Shown in pieces: positions 1 through 9,581 of a stretch of 64,000 nt of DNA (position 1 is the first letter of the stretch; each line of letters starts with the position of its first letter). The position numbers and the translations under genes are program-made. This DNA is from an uncultured Verrucomicrobiae bacterium. Lineage in GTDB: Bacteria; Chlamydiota; Chlamydiia; Chlamydiales; JAFEGQ01. The stretch covers positions 266,713 to 330,712 of the forward strand of contig CAVUAA010000002.1 in the NCBI GenBank assembly GCA_963739345.1. Reading direction: 5' to 3'. Below the pieces are notes generated by a model. The model had not been told where the DNA came from. It searched no databases and worked only from the letters and a program-made list of their open reading frames with translations.

Positions 1-444
1 TCTTAAAGCTCGCTTAGCCGCCTCCTCCATCAGATAGAATAGAGTCGACGCATAGGTATAGCTCCGCGTTCCCACATCCTGCATGTCAAAGACCAGAACA
101 TCTATCCCTTCAAGCATCTTCTCAGTCGGACGGCGGGTCGCTCCGTAGAGGCTGTAGACCGGTACACCCTCAACATACGTCTGCTGCACAGCATCACCCG
201 CGTACTCCGTCCCCCGCAATCCATGTTCAGGTGCAAACAATGCAATCGGCCTCACCCCATGTGCGCAGAAAACTTCGAACGAAGAACGCAAGTTGCGATC
301 CACCGCTGTATGATTGGTGACCAACCCCACGCGCTTACCATGCACCAGTGCCACCTGTTCGCCGTGGAACAATCGCTCAAGCCCAGTCTCCACTCGTGCG
401 GCGAGTAGGGAGCTACAAAAACAGAGAAGAAACATCAGCCTCAT
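1..444 (-). CDS. DUF1343/NamZ-like (exo-beta-N-acetylmuramidase family) protein, N-terminal part; gene continues beyond the window start
   Basis: Absent from the ORF track because no stop lies inside the window. Hand translation of the minus strand from ATG (444-442): MRLMFLLCFCSSLLAARVETGLERLFHGEQVALVHGKRVGLVTNHTAVDRNLRSSFEVFCAHGVRPIALFAPEHGLRGTEYAG... It has a signal-peptide-like N-terminus and GKRVGLVTNHT / LFAPEHG motifs as I recall them for DUF1343. Confidence 0.6.
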   Translation of the reverse strand, partial: MRLMFLLCFCSSLLAARVETGLERLFHGEQVALVHGKRVGLVTNHTAVDRNLRSSFEVFCAHGVRPIALFAPEHGLRGTEYAGDAVQQTYVEGVPVYSLYGATRRPTEKMLEGIDVLVFDMQDVGTRSYTYASTLFYLMEEAAKRALR

Positions 445-488
445 GAGCAGGAGTATGGCAATCAGGAGCGATTGCCGCAACATTTCGC

Positions 489-517
489 TTGCCAAAACAA
501 AACGCTATCCCATACAG
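489..517 (+). promoter_or_regulatory. Candidate sigma70-type promoter of OMP copy 1 (TTGCCA-N17-ATACAG)
   Basis: TTGCCA at 489-494, 17-nt spacer, ATACAG at 512-517, about 50 nt upstream of ATG 569. A nearly identical arrangement (CTTGCCnAAACA...ATACA) occurs upstream of OMP copy 4 at 3800-3828. Confidence 0.3.
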
Positions 518-568
518 TTCGGAAAAGTGCTTACGCACCACGCGTGTGGCCTAAATGGAGGAACCAAA

Positions 569-1573
569 ATGAAGATGAAACACCTATTAGGAGTCGGTGC
601 CGCGATTGCGCTCCTTCTCTCTGCTCAACCGGCAGCCGCTCAGTGCTGCCCACAACCCGACCTGTGCTGCGACCCATGCACAGACTGGTGCGACATGTGT
701 GGCGATTGGGAAGTGGGAGCTCACGCTCTCTACTGGACTCCCGTCACCTGCCAATACACCTACGCGATCAATTCACCACAAGTGGTTACCGGCGTTCCGC
801 TTGCTGGCCAAGCATCGGCTCTGAAATGCAGCGCCGACTGGGGCTTCCGAATTTTCGGCCGCTACATGTCCGACTGCTCATTCATTGGTCTTAGCTACCA
901 GTGGTTTGATTCAAAGGTTACCGACAGCCGAACGGATGAACGTCTCGTGATCAGATCAGGAGACGACTTCGTCGACGGAAGAGCAACGGCTAGACAGACC
1001 ATCGAATATCAAAACGTGGACGTTCGTTGGGGTAAGTACCTGCACCGCGCCTGCGGCTGCAATTTCTACCTCTTCGGGAACGCCCGATGGATCGATCTCT
1101 CCTACCGCCGTTCAATCGGACTCCAAGTTCGGAACACTGACAACGTCATAGCGGTCACTGAGAAGAGCGAGCTTCAGGGTGGAGCACTCGGCGTCGGTGC
1201 TGGTGCCGAGCTTGATCTATGGTGCGACGTTGGGCTTTTTGGTGAAGCCAACATCCTCGGAGTCATTGCTGAACGAAGCACCCGAAATGTAGACTACGCC
1301 AATACTAACGGTCAGACTTTCAGAACGGCCTCCTATCCGTCTGATACCTGCATCAACCCCGAAGTTGCCTTCAAGCTGGGTCTCAACTACACCTACACTT
1401 GCGGTTGCTGGACCGTCGTCGGCGAACTTGGCTACGAGCTTGACTACTTCTGGGATGCGGTTGCCTTCCCGAGAACCGTCAGCGGCAACCTGCTGACCGG
1501 ATCGGATTGGGTACTTGGATGCCAGAACGTCGGTTTCTCCGGCCTCTTCTTCGGCGGAAAAGTCCTCTTCTAA
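569..1573 (+). CDS. Cysteine-rich MOMP/OmpA-like outer-membrane beta-barrel protein, array copy 1
   Basis: Track ORF 314..1573 trimmed to ATG 569 (GGAGGA at 556-561); the longer version would overlap the divergent gene at 1..444. Signal peptide MKMKHLLGVGAAIALLLSAQPAAA, Cys cluster QCCPQPDLCCDPCTDWCDMCGDWE, family blocks (GAHALYWTP, DWGFRIFGRYMSDCSF, EYQNVD, GNARWIDL, GYELDYFWDA), C-terminal GFSGLFFGGKVLF. Confidence 0.8.
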   Translation: MKMKHLLGVGAAIALLLSAQPAAAQCCPQPDLCCDPCTDWCDMCGDWEVGAHALYWTPVTCQYTYAINSPQVVTGVPLAGQASALKCSADWGFRIFGRYMSDCSFIGLSYQWFDSKVTDSRTDERLVIRSGDDFVDGRATARQTIEYQNVDVRWGKYLHRACGCNFYLFGNARWIDLSYRRSIGLQVRNTDNVIAVTEKSELQGGALGVGAGAELDLWCDVGLFGEANILGVIAERSTRNVDYANTNGQTFRTASYPSDTCINPEVAFKLGLNYTYTCGCWTVVGELGYELDYFWDAVAFPRTVSGNLLTGSDWVLGCQNVGFSGLFFGGKVLF

Positions 1574-1593
1574 CCGAGGATTCAACGGCCTAC

Positions 1594-1627
1594 AAAAGGG
1601 GTGCAGCTTCGGCTGCACCCCTTTTTT
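1594..1627 (+). terminator. Rho-independent terminator after OMP copy 1
   Basis: 14-bp perfect stem AAAAGGGGTGCAGC (1594-1607) / GCTGCACCCCTTTT (1612-1625), loop TTCG, T-run to 1627; 21 nt after the stop codon. Confidence 0.85.
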
Positions 1628-1678
1628 GTTGGCTGAAGCGTCTCTCTCCAGTAAGCTACGTCTCTACACGGAGGTCGT

Positions 1679-2593
1679 ATGCGCAAGATTTTAGCCATCT
1701 TTTTTACTGCAACATGTCTTAGTACAGCTCATGCCCAGGCACCCTGCCTCAACTCTTGCCAGCTTTGTGGCAACTTCGAACTAGGTGTGCACGCTCTCGC
1801 CTTCACCCCTATGATCTGCGGGTACGACTTTGCATCGGTGAGCGTCACAGGAGGAGACATCCCCACAGCCACCGTGGCGTGCCAACTCGACTGGGGATTC
1901 CGCATCTTTGGGCGCTACCTCTCCGACTGCTCCTTCGCCCACCTCAGCTATCAGTGGTATGAATCGAACGTGACCAACAGCGCTGGCGCCCCGTTTAACA
2001 CCTTCCGAGGCGGCTTTGTCGCAGAAAGGGGGAGAGCCGAGCTCCACCTCGAGTACCAAAATGTCGACGTGCAGGTGGGCACCTACCTCCACCGAGCTAC
2101 CGACTGCCGATTCTTCTTTTTCGGAAACGTCCGCTGGGTCGACCTCCACTATCGGAGAACTGTCAGCCCGCAAAACCAGATGGGGATCGTGCAGCGCCTA
2201 AATGAGAAAAGCGACTTTTCAGGGATCGCGCTTGGAGTGGGCGCGGGCACCGAACTTGATCTCCCTTGCTCCTTCGGAATCTTTGGAGAGGCCAACCTGC
2301 TGGGAGTCTTCGGCCAGCGCTCATCTACTGATGTGCTCACAACCAACGCCGAAACCAGAACACCAGTAAAGTACAAGAGCGAAGATTGCATCAGCCCTGA
2401 GATGGCTTGGCGCTTTGGCCTCAGCTACACCTGCGGTTGGGACTGCGTCGAGCTAAAAGGGGAGATCGGCTACGAGCTCGACTACTTCTGGAACGCGATC
2501 GCCTTCCCTGAAGAGCAGCCAGAGAATCGGTTTCGTCATTGTGAGAATATCGGATTTTCCGGCCTCTTCTTCGGCCTCCGATTCACTTTTTGA
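1679..2593 (+). CDS. MOMP/OmpA-like outer-membrane beta-barrel protein, array copy 2 (shortened Cys cluster)
   Basis: ATG preceded by GGAGG. Signal peptide MRKILAIFFTATCLSTAHA, PCLNSCQLCGNFELGVHALAFTP, DWGFRIFGRYLSDCSF, EYQNVD, GNVRWVDL, GYELDYFWNA, C-terminal GFSGLFFGLRFTF. Confidence 0.8.
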   Translation: MRKILAIFFTATCLSTAHAQAPCLNSCQLCGNFELGVHALAFTPMICGYDFASVSVTGGDIPTATVACQLDWGFRIFGRYLSDCSFAHLSYQWYESNVTNSAGAPFNTFRGGFVAERGRAELHLEYQNVDVQVGTYLHRATDCRFFFFGNVRWVDLHYRRTVSPQNQMGIVQRLNEKSDFSGIALGVGAGTELDLPCSFGIFGEANLLGVFGQRSSTDVLTTNAETRTPVKYKSEDCISPEMAWRFGLSYTCGWDCVELKGEIGYELDYFWNAIAFPEEQPENRFRHCENIGFSGLFFGLRFTF

Positions 2594-2726
2594 TTTTTCT
2601 CTTGTGTATCTAGCCCCCATCGATTAGTGTGCGCCTAACTACGCGATGTGGCTGCTCGTCTCCCTATGGAGCTAAAGCAGTTACAGACGAGGAGTGAAAA
2701 ATATCGGTCACAAATGGAGGCCCCCC

Positions 2727-3737
2727 ATGTTTAAGATGATGAGTAAAATTGCAGGAGCCGGAGCGGTTGCCGCTCTCCTCTTCACCGCACAGCCCATTGA
2801 GGCGCAGTGCTGCCCACCTGCAGCCACGTGCTGCCCAGATACGTGCTGCCCCGACTGGTGCGACATGTGCGGTTCTTGGGAAATCGGAGCTCACGCTCTC
2901 TACTTTAGCCCAGTGGCCTGCGAGTACGACTTCGCAACACAAAGCGCACTTCCCGCAGGGGGAGCCTTCTCAGTTGCTAGCGCCAAGTGCGAACTCGACT
3001 GGGGCTTCCGACTTTTCGGAAAATACATGAGCGACTGTTCCTTCTTTGGCATCAGCTATCAGTGGTTTGAGTCGAAGTCAAGCAAGACCGTCGACGGACT
3101 CAACACCGTCCGCAACATGCCGGCTGCCTTCGTTGCGCAACGAGGCGAGGCGGCCCTCCGACTCGAGTACCAAAATCTGGACATCAGCGTCGGGAAGTAC
3201 CTCCACCGCTCATGTGGCTGCAACTTCTTTGTCTTTGGTAACGCCCGCTGGATCGACCTAAGCTATAGCCGCGCCACCCGCGGAATTAATGCCGCCGGAA
3301 TCGTTCTCAACTCCCACGAAAAGAGCGCTCTAGAAGGGGGAGCCCTAGGTGTTGGTCTTGGAACCGAGATGGACCTTTGGTGTGACATCGGCCTCTTTGG
3401 CTCAGCTAACCTTCTTGGCGTCATTGCTGAGCGCTCGACTCGTCAAGTGTTTGCCCCCACGGGAACAGGCACCACCCAGAGCCCGCTCGGCGTCGCAAAC
3501 ATCAAGTATGCGTCTGACACCTGCATCAATCCAGAAGTCAACTTCCGCATCGGCCTCAACTACAACTACCAGTGTGGTTGCGTGAATTTTGTCGGTGAAA
3601 TCGGCTACGAAGTTGACTACTTCTGGAACGCTTTCTCGTTCCCGAGAGGGAACCCCAACACGGCTGTTGAGCGATTCCGCGCCTGCGAAGATGTTGGATT
3701 CTCTGGCCTCTTCTTCGGCGGACGCTTCCTCTTCTAA
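2727..3737 (+). CDS. Cysteine-rich MOMP/OmpA-like outer-membrane beta-barrel protein, array copy 3
   Basis: Track ORF 2694..3737; ATG 2727 is preferred because GGAGG lies about 8 nt upstream. MFKMMSKIAGAGAVAALLFTAQPIEA/QCCPPAATCCPDTCCPDWCDMCGSWE, family blocks, C-terminal GFSGLFFGGRFLF. Confidence 0.8.
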   Translation: MFKMMSKIAGAGAVAALLFTAQPIEAQCCPPAATCCPDTCCPDWCDMCGSWEIGAHALYFSPVACEYDFATQSALPAGGAFSVASAKCELDWGFRLFGKYMSDCSFFGISYQWFESKSSKTVDGLNTVRNMPAAFVAQRGEAALRLEYQNLDISVGKYLHRSCGCNFFVFGNARWIDLSYSRATRGINAAGIVLNSHEKSALEGGALGVGLGTEMDLWCDIGLFGSANLLGVIAERSTRQVFAPTGTGTTQSPLGVANIKYASDTCINPEVNFRIGLNYNYQCGCVNFVGEIGYEVDYFWNAFSFPRGNPNTAVERFRACEDVGFSGLFFGGRFLF

Positions 3738-3762
3738 CGAACAGGATACTCCCCTTAAAGGT

Positions 3763-3798
3763 AAAGCGCGCAGCCTGCGAAGGCTGCGCGCTTTTTTT
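3763..3798 (+). terminator. Rho-independent terminator after OMP copy 3
   Basis: Stem AAAGCGCGCAGCC (3763-3775) / GGCTGCGCGCTTT (3782-3794), loop TGCGAA, T7 run 3792-3798. Confidence 0.85.
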
Positions 3799-3799
3799 C

Positions 3800-3828
3800 T
3801 TGCCCAAACAGGCCTAACCGATATACAT
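3800..3828 (+). promoter_or_regulatory. Candidate sigma70-type promoter of OMP copy 4 (TTGCCC-N17-ATACAT)
   Basis: TTGCCC 3800-3805, ATACAT 3823-3828, directly after the copy-3 terminator. Shares CTTGCCnAAACA...ATACA with the site at 489-517. Confidence 0.3.
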
Positions 3829-3856
3829 TGCTCCCAAGAATTCCATTGGAGGAAGT

Positions 3857-4867
3857 ATGCGACGGAAGATTATGAAACTATTCGGAGTCAGCGTTGCCTG
3901 CGCTACTCTCCTGTCTGCACCACCAGTGGCTGCGCAGTGCCGTCCGCGGGCAAACCCATGTGCTGAGCCCTGCATGGAATGGCTCGATCTATGCGGCGAC
4001 TGGGAATTCGGGATTCACGCCCTCTACTACTCTCCCATCGCATGTGAGTTTGATTACGCCACCACCACACAGTCGGGGCAAGGCGATCCTGTCGCTACCA
4101 TAAACTGTCAATTCGGCTGGGGCGTCCGAGTCTTTGCCCACTACTTGTCCGATTGCAAATTTGCCAATGCCAGCTACCAATGGTTCGGCAACACGGAGAA
4201 GCGAAGCATCGATGGCCTTGGAACCGTCCGAAACCTATCCGGCATCCTGGCAGTTCGCGCGCAAGCAACCGTGAGAACGGAATACCAAAATGCCGATTTT
4301 CGGTTTGGCCAATATCTATACCGTGCCTCCGGCTGCAACCTCTACGTTTTCGGTAACGCCCGCTGGATCGACCTTCTACGCTCCCGCTACACGCGGGCAA
4401 TTACCGCAGCGCCACTCGTCTTTAACGCCAACGACAAGAGCACCCTTGAGGGGGGTGCCATCGGTATTGGCGGAGGTGCCGAGTTCAATCTGTGGTGCAA
4501 CGTCGGCCTCTTCGGCGATCTCAATGTATTGGGCGTCATTGCCCAACGGTCCACCCGTAAAGTGTTTGCGCCGACCGACGGCACTACCAACCTCAGTAAT
4601 AGGACGCAGGTGAGCTACGCCTCCGACACATGCATCAACCCCGAAATCGATTTCAAAATCGGAGTCAACTACACCTACACCTGCGACTGCATCTCCCTCG
4701 TCGGCGAGCTAGGCTACGAAGTGGACTACTTCTGGAACGCCTTCGCCTTCCCAAAAGGATCAATTGCTGGAGGCCAAGGGAACCCCGCCCGCTTCACCAA
4801 CCGATTCCGCTCGTGTCAAGATGTGGGCTTCTCTGGGCTCTTCTTTGGAGGAAGGATACTGTTCTAG
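3857..4867 (+). CDS. Cysteine-rich MOMP/OmpA-like outer-membrane beta-barrel protein, array copy 4
   Basis: GGAGGA upstream of the ATG. MRRKIMKLFGVSVACATLLSAPPVAA/QCRPRANPCAEPCMEWLDLCGDWE, family blocks, C-terminal GFSGLFFGGRILF. Confidence 0.8.
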   Translation: MRRKIMKLFGVSVACATLLSAPPVAAQCRPRANPCAEPCMEWLDLCGDWEFGIHALYYSPIACEFDYATTTQSGQGDPVATINCQFGWGVRVFAHYLSDCKFANASYQWFGNTEKRSIDGLGTVRNLSGILAVRAQATVRTEYQNADFRFGQYLYRASGCNLYVFGNARWIDLLRSRYTRAITAAPLVFNANDKSTLEGGAIGIGGGAEFNLWCNVGLFGDLNVLGVIAQRSTRKVFAPTDGTTNLSNRTQVSYASDTCINPEIDFKIGVNYTYTCDCISLVGELGYEVDYFWNAFAFPKGSIAGGQGNPARFTNRFRSCQDVGFSGLFFGGRILF

Positions 4868-4869
4868 TT

Positions 4870-4895
4870 CCCCTAACAGGGGCACAGCTTTTTTT
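4870..4895 (+). terminator. Weak terminator-like hairpin after OMP copy 4
   Basis: CCCCT-AAC-AGGGG (4870-4882) followed 6 nt later by a T7 run (4889-4895). The stem is short and the spacing non-canonical. Confidence 0.3.
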
Positions 4896-4987
4896 CTTGT
4901 ACTTGAAGTCGCAAGCTCAGTAAAGTGCAGCAAATGCTTAGCGTTCCGGGTTCTCCCCGTGCGCGATGACTATACGGAGGAACCGTC

Positions 4988-5983
4988 ATGAAGCGGATGA
5001 AACAACTAGCTGTCATCGGATCGACCTTAGCGCTACTGCTGACTACTCAAGCAGCGAATGCGCAGCAATGCTGCCCAGCGCCCGAACCCTGCTGCGATCC
5101 TTGCTTGGACTGGTGTAATTTCGGAGGCGACTGGGAATTCGGCGCTCACGCACTTATTTTCAGCCCAACCGTATGTGAATTCGACTATGCCACTACGGAA
5201 AATGCCAGCAATCAGGACTCCGTCTCGACGCTACACTGCCCCCTCGACTGGGGCTTTCGCGTCTTCGGCACCTACCTTTCGAAGTGCTCCTTCACTGGCC
5301 TCTCATACCAGTGGTTCCAGTCAACCGCAGCTGACAGCGTAACTGGAGTGCAGCTCGTATCGCGCCAGGGAAACCAAGTCAACCGCACCCAGGCTAAGAT
5401 CCGTCTCGAGTACCAAAATGTCGACTTCCGAATGGGAAAGTTTCTCCACCGGGCATGCGGCTGTGCGTTCTACGTCTTCGGCAACGTCCGCTGGGTTGAT
5501 CTCGAGTACAAGCGCGCTGTGCGTGATCACCTGACCACGACCGGCATGAGCGGCGACATAGAGATTAACTCGCAAAAGAGTAAGCTTCAAGGGGGCGCAC
5601 TTGGTATTGGAACCGGCGCAGACTTCGACCTCTGGTGCGATGTGGGGATTTTCGGAGAAGCCAATATCTTGGGCGTCATTGCAGAGCGATCCACCACAGA
5701 TATGCAGACACAAACCTTAACGACCGGCATCACGACGAATATCCCATCCCGCTACGGCTCAAACACCTGCATCAACCCTGAACTCGACTTTCGACTCGGA
5801 CTCAACTACACCTACACCTGCGGTTGCTGGACCGTTGTTGGCGAAATTGGCTACGAGCTTGACTACTTCTGGAACGCCTTTGCCGTGAACAATGTGGATA
5901 GCACGGGACCCACTTCCCTGTTCCGCAAATGTGAAGATGTCGGATTCTCTGGCCTCTTCTTTGGCGGACGACTGCTCTTCTAA
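4988..5983 (+). CDS. Cysteine-rich MOMP/OmpA-like outer-membrane beta-barrel protein, array copy 5
   Basis: GGAGG upstream of the ATG. MKRMKQLAVIGSTLALLLTTQAANA/QQCCPAPEPCCDPCLDWCNFGGDWE, family blocks, C-terminal GFSGLFFGGRLLF. Confidence 0.8.
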   Translation: MKRMKQLAVIGSTLALLLTTQAANAQQCCPAPEPCCDPCLDWCNFGGDWEFGAHALIFSPTVCEFDYATTENASNQDSVSTLHCPLDWGFRVFGTYLSKCSFTGLSYQWFQSTAADSVTGVQLVSRQGNQVNRTQAKIRLEYQNVDFRMGKFLHRACGCAFYVFGNVRWVDLEYKRAVRDHLTTTGMSGDIEINSQKSKLQGGALGIGTGADFDLWCDVGIFGEANILGVIAERSTTDMQTQTLTTGITTNIPSRYGSNTCINPELDFRLGLNYTYTCGCWTVVGEIGYELDYFWNAFAVNNVDSTGPTSLFRKCEDVGFSGLFFGGRLLF

Positions 5984-5985
5984 CA

Positions 5986-8900
5986 GTGTACATTTCCCAA
6001 GCGCTATCTCTGATAGCAAAAGCGCAAGGGCGCACTCTCTCAGTTGATGAGAGGTGCGCCCTTGCCATTCAGCTTGCCTCTCTACTTCTCCAAGCCTCGG
6101 ATAAGGCGCTCACCCCATCCGAACGGGGAGAGCAGCTTCTCTTAGGCCGCATGCTCGCCGACCCGAAGGGGAAAGATCTCCTCTCCGCCCTCACCGACCA
6201 GTCGTTTCGAAGCCATGAACGGGCACGCGTTGCTGATCAAATCACCTACCTGCTCAACCAGTTCGGCACCCCCCAATTTCTCAGCTCTACAGACCGGATG
6301 GGAGTTGAAGTACTAAAAGGACACACCCTCCTCGCCCCCCTGTTCACAGGAAGGATCCGAAAGGAGATGAGACGGGTGATTCTACCCGCCGAAGAGCGCC
6401 CCCTCAGACGGCACATGCAGCTGCGAGAAAAGGAGGGGGTGAGGATGAACCTCAACCACCTGGGCGAAGCAATTCTCGGAGAGGAGGAGGCCAGGCGCCG
6501 CCTAGGCATCTACCTCGACCACCTCGCCCAACCAGAGGTGGAGTATATCTCTGTCAAGATTAGCTCGCTCTGTAGCCATCTTAACCTCCTTTCCTGGGCG
6601 CATACCCTCGAGAGGCTCTCGAGCCGCCTCAGAACACTCTACAGATACTCTATGCGCCATCCCCGGCCCGATGGGACCCCTAAGTTTGTCAATCTCGACA
6701 TGGAGGAGTATCACGATTTACACCTCACCGTTGACCTCTTCCGAAGCGTTCTCGATGAAGACGAATTCTTCGGACTAGAAGCGGGCATTGTTTTACAGGC
6801 CTACATTCCTGAATCACACCTCGTCCAGCAGGAGCTCACCGAATGGGCCTCTAGCCGCGTCCAACAGGGGGGTGGCCCGATTAAGATCCGCATTGTCCGC
6901 GGCGCCAACCTCGCTATGGAAAAAGTGACCGCCTCGATTGAAGGGTGGGAGCAAGCACCCTACCTCATGAAAGAGGAGACCGATGCAAACTTTAAGCGGA
7001 TGCTCACCTACGGTCTACATCCCATCCGCGCACGTTCGGTCCGTATCGGTGTTGCCACTCACAACCTGCTCGACATTGCCTATGCCCTCCTGCTCACCAC
7101 CGAGAATGATGTAAAGCCGTATGTTGTGTTCGAGATGCTCGAAGGGATGTGCGATCATCAACGCCGTATTGTCCAGAAAGTGGCAGGTGAAATGCTCCTC
7201 TACTGTCCTGCAGCCACCAAACAGGAATTTCCCCACGCCATCTCCTACCTCATTCGCCGCTTAGACGAAAACACCAGCCCCGATAATTTCCTTGCTCACC
7301 TTCCCGACCTAGCAACGGACAACGTCGAGTGGGAGCGGCAGGTGAACCGTTTCCGCAACGCTTGCCAAGATATTGGAGCGGTTAACGGAAAGACGCGTCG
7401 GCGACAAAATCGCCGTGTGGACCCGATCCAACCCGCAATTGACAGTGAATTCAACAATGAACCCAACACTGATTGGTCACTTCCACACAATCGACGTTGG
7501 GCCGAAGAGCTCATCGCAGAGTGGCGGACCAAAAAACTCGAAGATGTTCCAGTGATGATCGCAGGAGAAGTAGAACAGCCAGGAAAGGTGGCGGGAGAGG
7601 GACGTGACCCTTCAAAACCGAACCAAATCGCCTATCGCTTTACACTGGCGCGCCAGGCTGATGTCAAGCGCGCTTTACAGCACACCCAAAAGGGTGGTGC
7701 AGAGTGGGATCGAAGCGCTGTGCTGGCTAGGGTAGCTCAACAACTCCGTCGTCGCCGCGGCGAACTGATCGGCGCGATGATTGCCGACGGGGGCAAATTG
7801 ATTCCCGAAGCCGATGCTGAAGTCTCCGAAGCAATTGACTTTGTCGAGTACTACCGTAGAGCTACGCTTGCCTTGGCCGGCGATCCCACCATTCACTGTA
7901 AAGCCAGAGGAATTATTCTCGTTACACCTCCCTGGAACTTCCCCTGCGCCATCCCCACCGGCGGCATCAGTGCCGCCCTCGCTGCGGGGAACCGGGTGAT
8001 TTTCAAGCCCGCTCCCGAAGCGGTCTACATTGGATGGAAGGTGGCCGAGGCGTTCTGGGCCGCTGGGGTTCCAAAGAGCGCGCTCCAGTTTCTCAGCTGC
8101 GACGAGGAGTCGATCGGCACGCAGCTGATTGAGAGCAAAGCTATCAATGGAGTGATTCTAACCGGCGCGACAGCTACCGCACGCCTCTTCTACCAGCTAC
8201 GCCCCCACCTCCATCTCATGGCCGAAACCGGCGGCAAGAACGCGATTGTCGTCTCCAATCTCGCCGATCGGGACCTTGCTATCCAAGATGTAGTCACCTC
8301 CGCTTTTGGTCACGCCGGCCAAAAATGCAGTGCTTGCAGCCTCCTCATCCTCCATCGAGAACTCTACGACGATCCCTCCTTTCTAGCGGCTCTTGCAGAC
8401 GCCGCTTCAAGCTTGAGAGTGGGATCGGCTTGGAATCTCGCTACCGACCTCAATCCCCTTATCCGCCCGCCTGGCACAGATCTGATGAGGGCGCTCACAA
8501 CGCTTGAGTCCGGAGAAGAGTGGCTGCTGCAACCTCAGCAGGACAAGAGCAATCCCAATCTGTGGTCCGCCGGGATTAAGATCGGCGTCTCACCCCACTC
8601 CTATACTCATCAGACCGAATTCTTCGGCCCCATTCTCGCCGTGCTCCGGGCTGACAGCTTTACCGAAGCGTTAAAGCTCGCCAACAGCACGCCATATGGA
8701 CTCACCGCAGGAGTTCACACCCTAGATGACCGCGAAGTCAAGCAGTGGCACGACACAATGGAGGCAGGCAATCTCTATGTCAACCGAACCATCACCGGAG
8801 CGATTGTGAGGCGCCAGCCGTTTGGAGGTTGTAAAGCCAGCGGGTTTGGCCCCGGCGCCAAGGCGGGTGGTCCCGGCTACCTGCCGCAACTGATGCACAT

Positions 8901-9504
8901 CACGCAAGCGCAACTGCCCACCGACTCTATGAAGCTCCCCTCGGCTATCCGCGCTTTCTCGGAGCTGATCGAGGATGAGGAAGAACGGGATCTCTATCTT
9001 ATCAGCGCGAAAAGCTACGCCTACTGGTGGGAACGGCTCCGTCACCCAATTGACCCCTCCCTAATTATCGGCCAAGACAACCTATTTCAACATGTTCCTC
9101 GTGGAAAAGTGGTTCTCCGCATCGAAAAAGGTGATCGGACGAGCGATATCCTCCGCATCCTTGCCGCCTGCACGCTCTGCGGGACTGATCTACACGTCAG
9201 TTGGGAACGAAAGAAGAGAGAGCCCGAACAAGTGCGCTCTCTCTTTCCCAATTGCACCCTGGAAAGCGAGGAGGAGCTTTGCGCCCGTCTCGACTCTCTG
9301 CAGGTCAAACAACTTCGAGTGCTCGCCCGTCCATCAAAGCGACTAACTATCGCAGCCGCAGAGGCTTGCCTCCACATTGCAGCCGAACCTGTCCTAGCCT
9401 CTGGCCGGTATGAATTGGCCCACTATATTCGGGAAGTAGCTACAAGCATCAACTACCACCGCTATGGCAATCTCGGAACCCGTGCGCATGAGACTCGTCG
9501 TTGA
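5986..9504 (+). CDS. putA: Bifunctional proline dehydrogenase / delta-1-pyrroline-5-carboxylate dehydrogenase (PutA-type)
   Basis: 1172 aa. The N-terminal half has PRODH-like blocks (VNLDMEEYHDL, GIVLQAYIPES, IRIVRGANLAMEK). The C-terminal half has ALDH blocks (PPWNFPCAIP, FKPAPEAV, ETGGKNA, catalytic FGHAGQKCSACS). The GTG start at 5986 lies 3 nt after the preceding stop; exact start uncertain. Confidence 0.85.
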   Translation: MYISQALSLIAKAQGRTLSVDERCALAIQLASLLLQASDKALTPSERGEQLLLGRMLADPKGKDLLSALTDQSFRSHERARVADQITYLLNQFGTPQFLSSTDRMGVEVLKGHTLLAPLFTGRIRKEMRRVILPAEERPLRRHMQLREKEGVRMNLNHLGEAILGEEEARRRLGIYLDHLAQPEVEYISVKISSLCSHLNLLSWAHTLERLSSRLRTLYRYSMRHPRPDGTPKFVNLDMEEYHDLHLTVDLFRSVLDEDEFFGLEAGIVLQAYIPESHLVQQELTEWASSRVQQGGGPIKIRIVRGANLAMEKVTASIEGWEQAPYLMKEETDANFKRMLTYGLHPIRARSVRIGVATHNLLDIAYALLLTTENDVKPYVVFEMLEGMCDHQRRIVQKVAGEMLLYCPAATKQEFPHAISYLIRRLDENTSPDNFLAHLPDLATDNVEWERQVNRFRNACQDIGAVNGKTRRRQNRRVDPIQPAIDSEFNNEPNTDWSLPHNRRWAEELIAEWRTKKLEDVPVMIAGEVEQPGKVAGEGRDPSKPNQIAYRFTLARQADVKRALQHTQKGGAEWDRSAVLARVAQQLRRRRGELIGAMIADGGKLIPEADAEVSEAIDFVEYYRRATLALAGDPTIHCKARGIILVTPPWNFPCAIPTGGISAALAAGNRVIFKPAPEAVYIGWKVAEAFWAAGVPKSALQFLSCDEESIGTQLIESKAINGVILTGATATARLFYQLRPHLHLMAETGGKNAIVVSNLADRDLAIQDVVTSAFGHAGQKCSACSLLILHRELYDDPSFLAALADAASSLRVGSAWNLATDLNPLIRPPGTDLMRALTTLESGEEWLLQPQQDKSNPNLWSAGIKIGVSPHSYTHQTEFFGPILAVLRADSFTEALKLANSTPYGLTAGVHTLDDREVKQWHDTMEAGNLYVNRTITGAIVRRQPFGGCKASGFGPGAKAGGPGYLPQLMHITQAQLPTDSMKLPSAIRAFSELIEDEEERDLYLISAKSYAYWWERLRHPIDPSLIIGQDNLFQHVPRGKVVLRIEKGDRTSDILRILAACTLCGTDLHVSWERKKREPEQVRSLFPNCTLESEEELCARLDSLQVKQLRVLARPSKRLTIAAAEACLHIAAEPVLASGRYELAHYIREVATSINYHRYGNLGTRAHETRR

Positions 9505-9581
9505 ACAAATTGAGCCTTAACACTTATGGTGGGCCTATCATGAAATTGGAAGTGGAGGACATTCCTGTGAGAAATCGACTG

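Noticed and set aside
314-568. Upstream extensions of porin ORFs given in the track (314..568 for copy 1; 12014..12277 for copy 8; 2694..2726; 9501..9581).
   Set aside because: The extensions overlap neighbouring genes or lack signal peptides. Internal starts with GGAGG-type RBS give canonical signal peptides aligned with the other paralogues.
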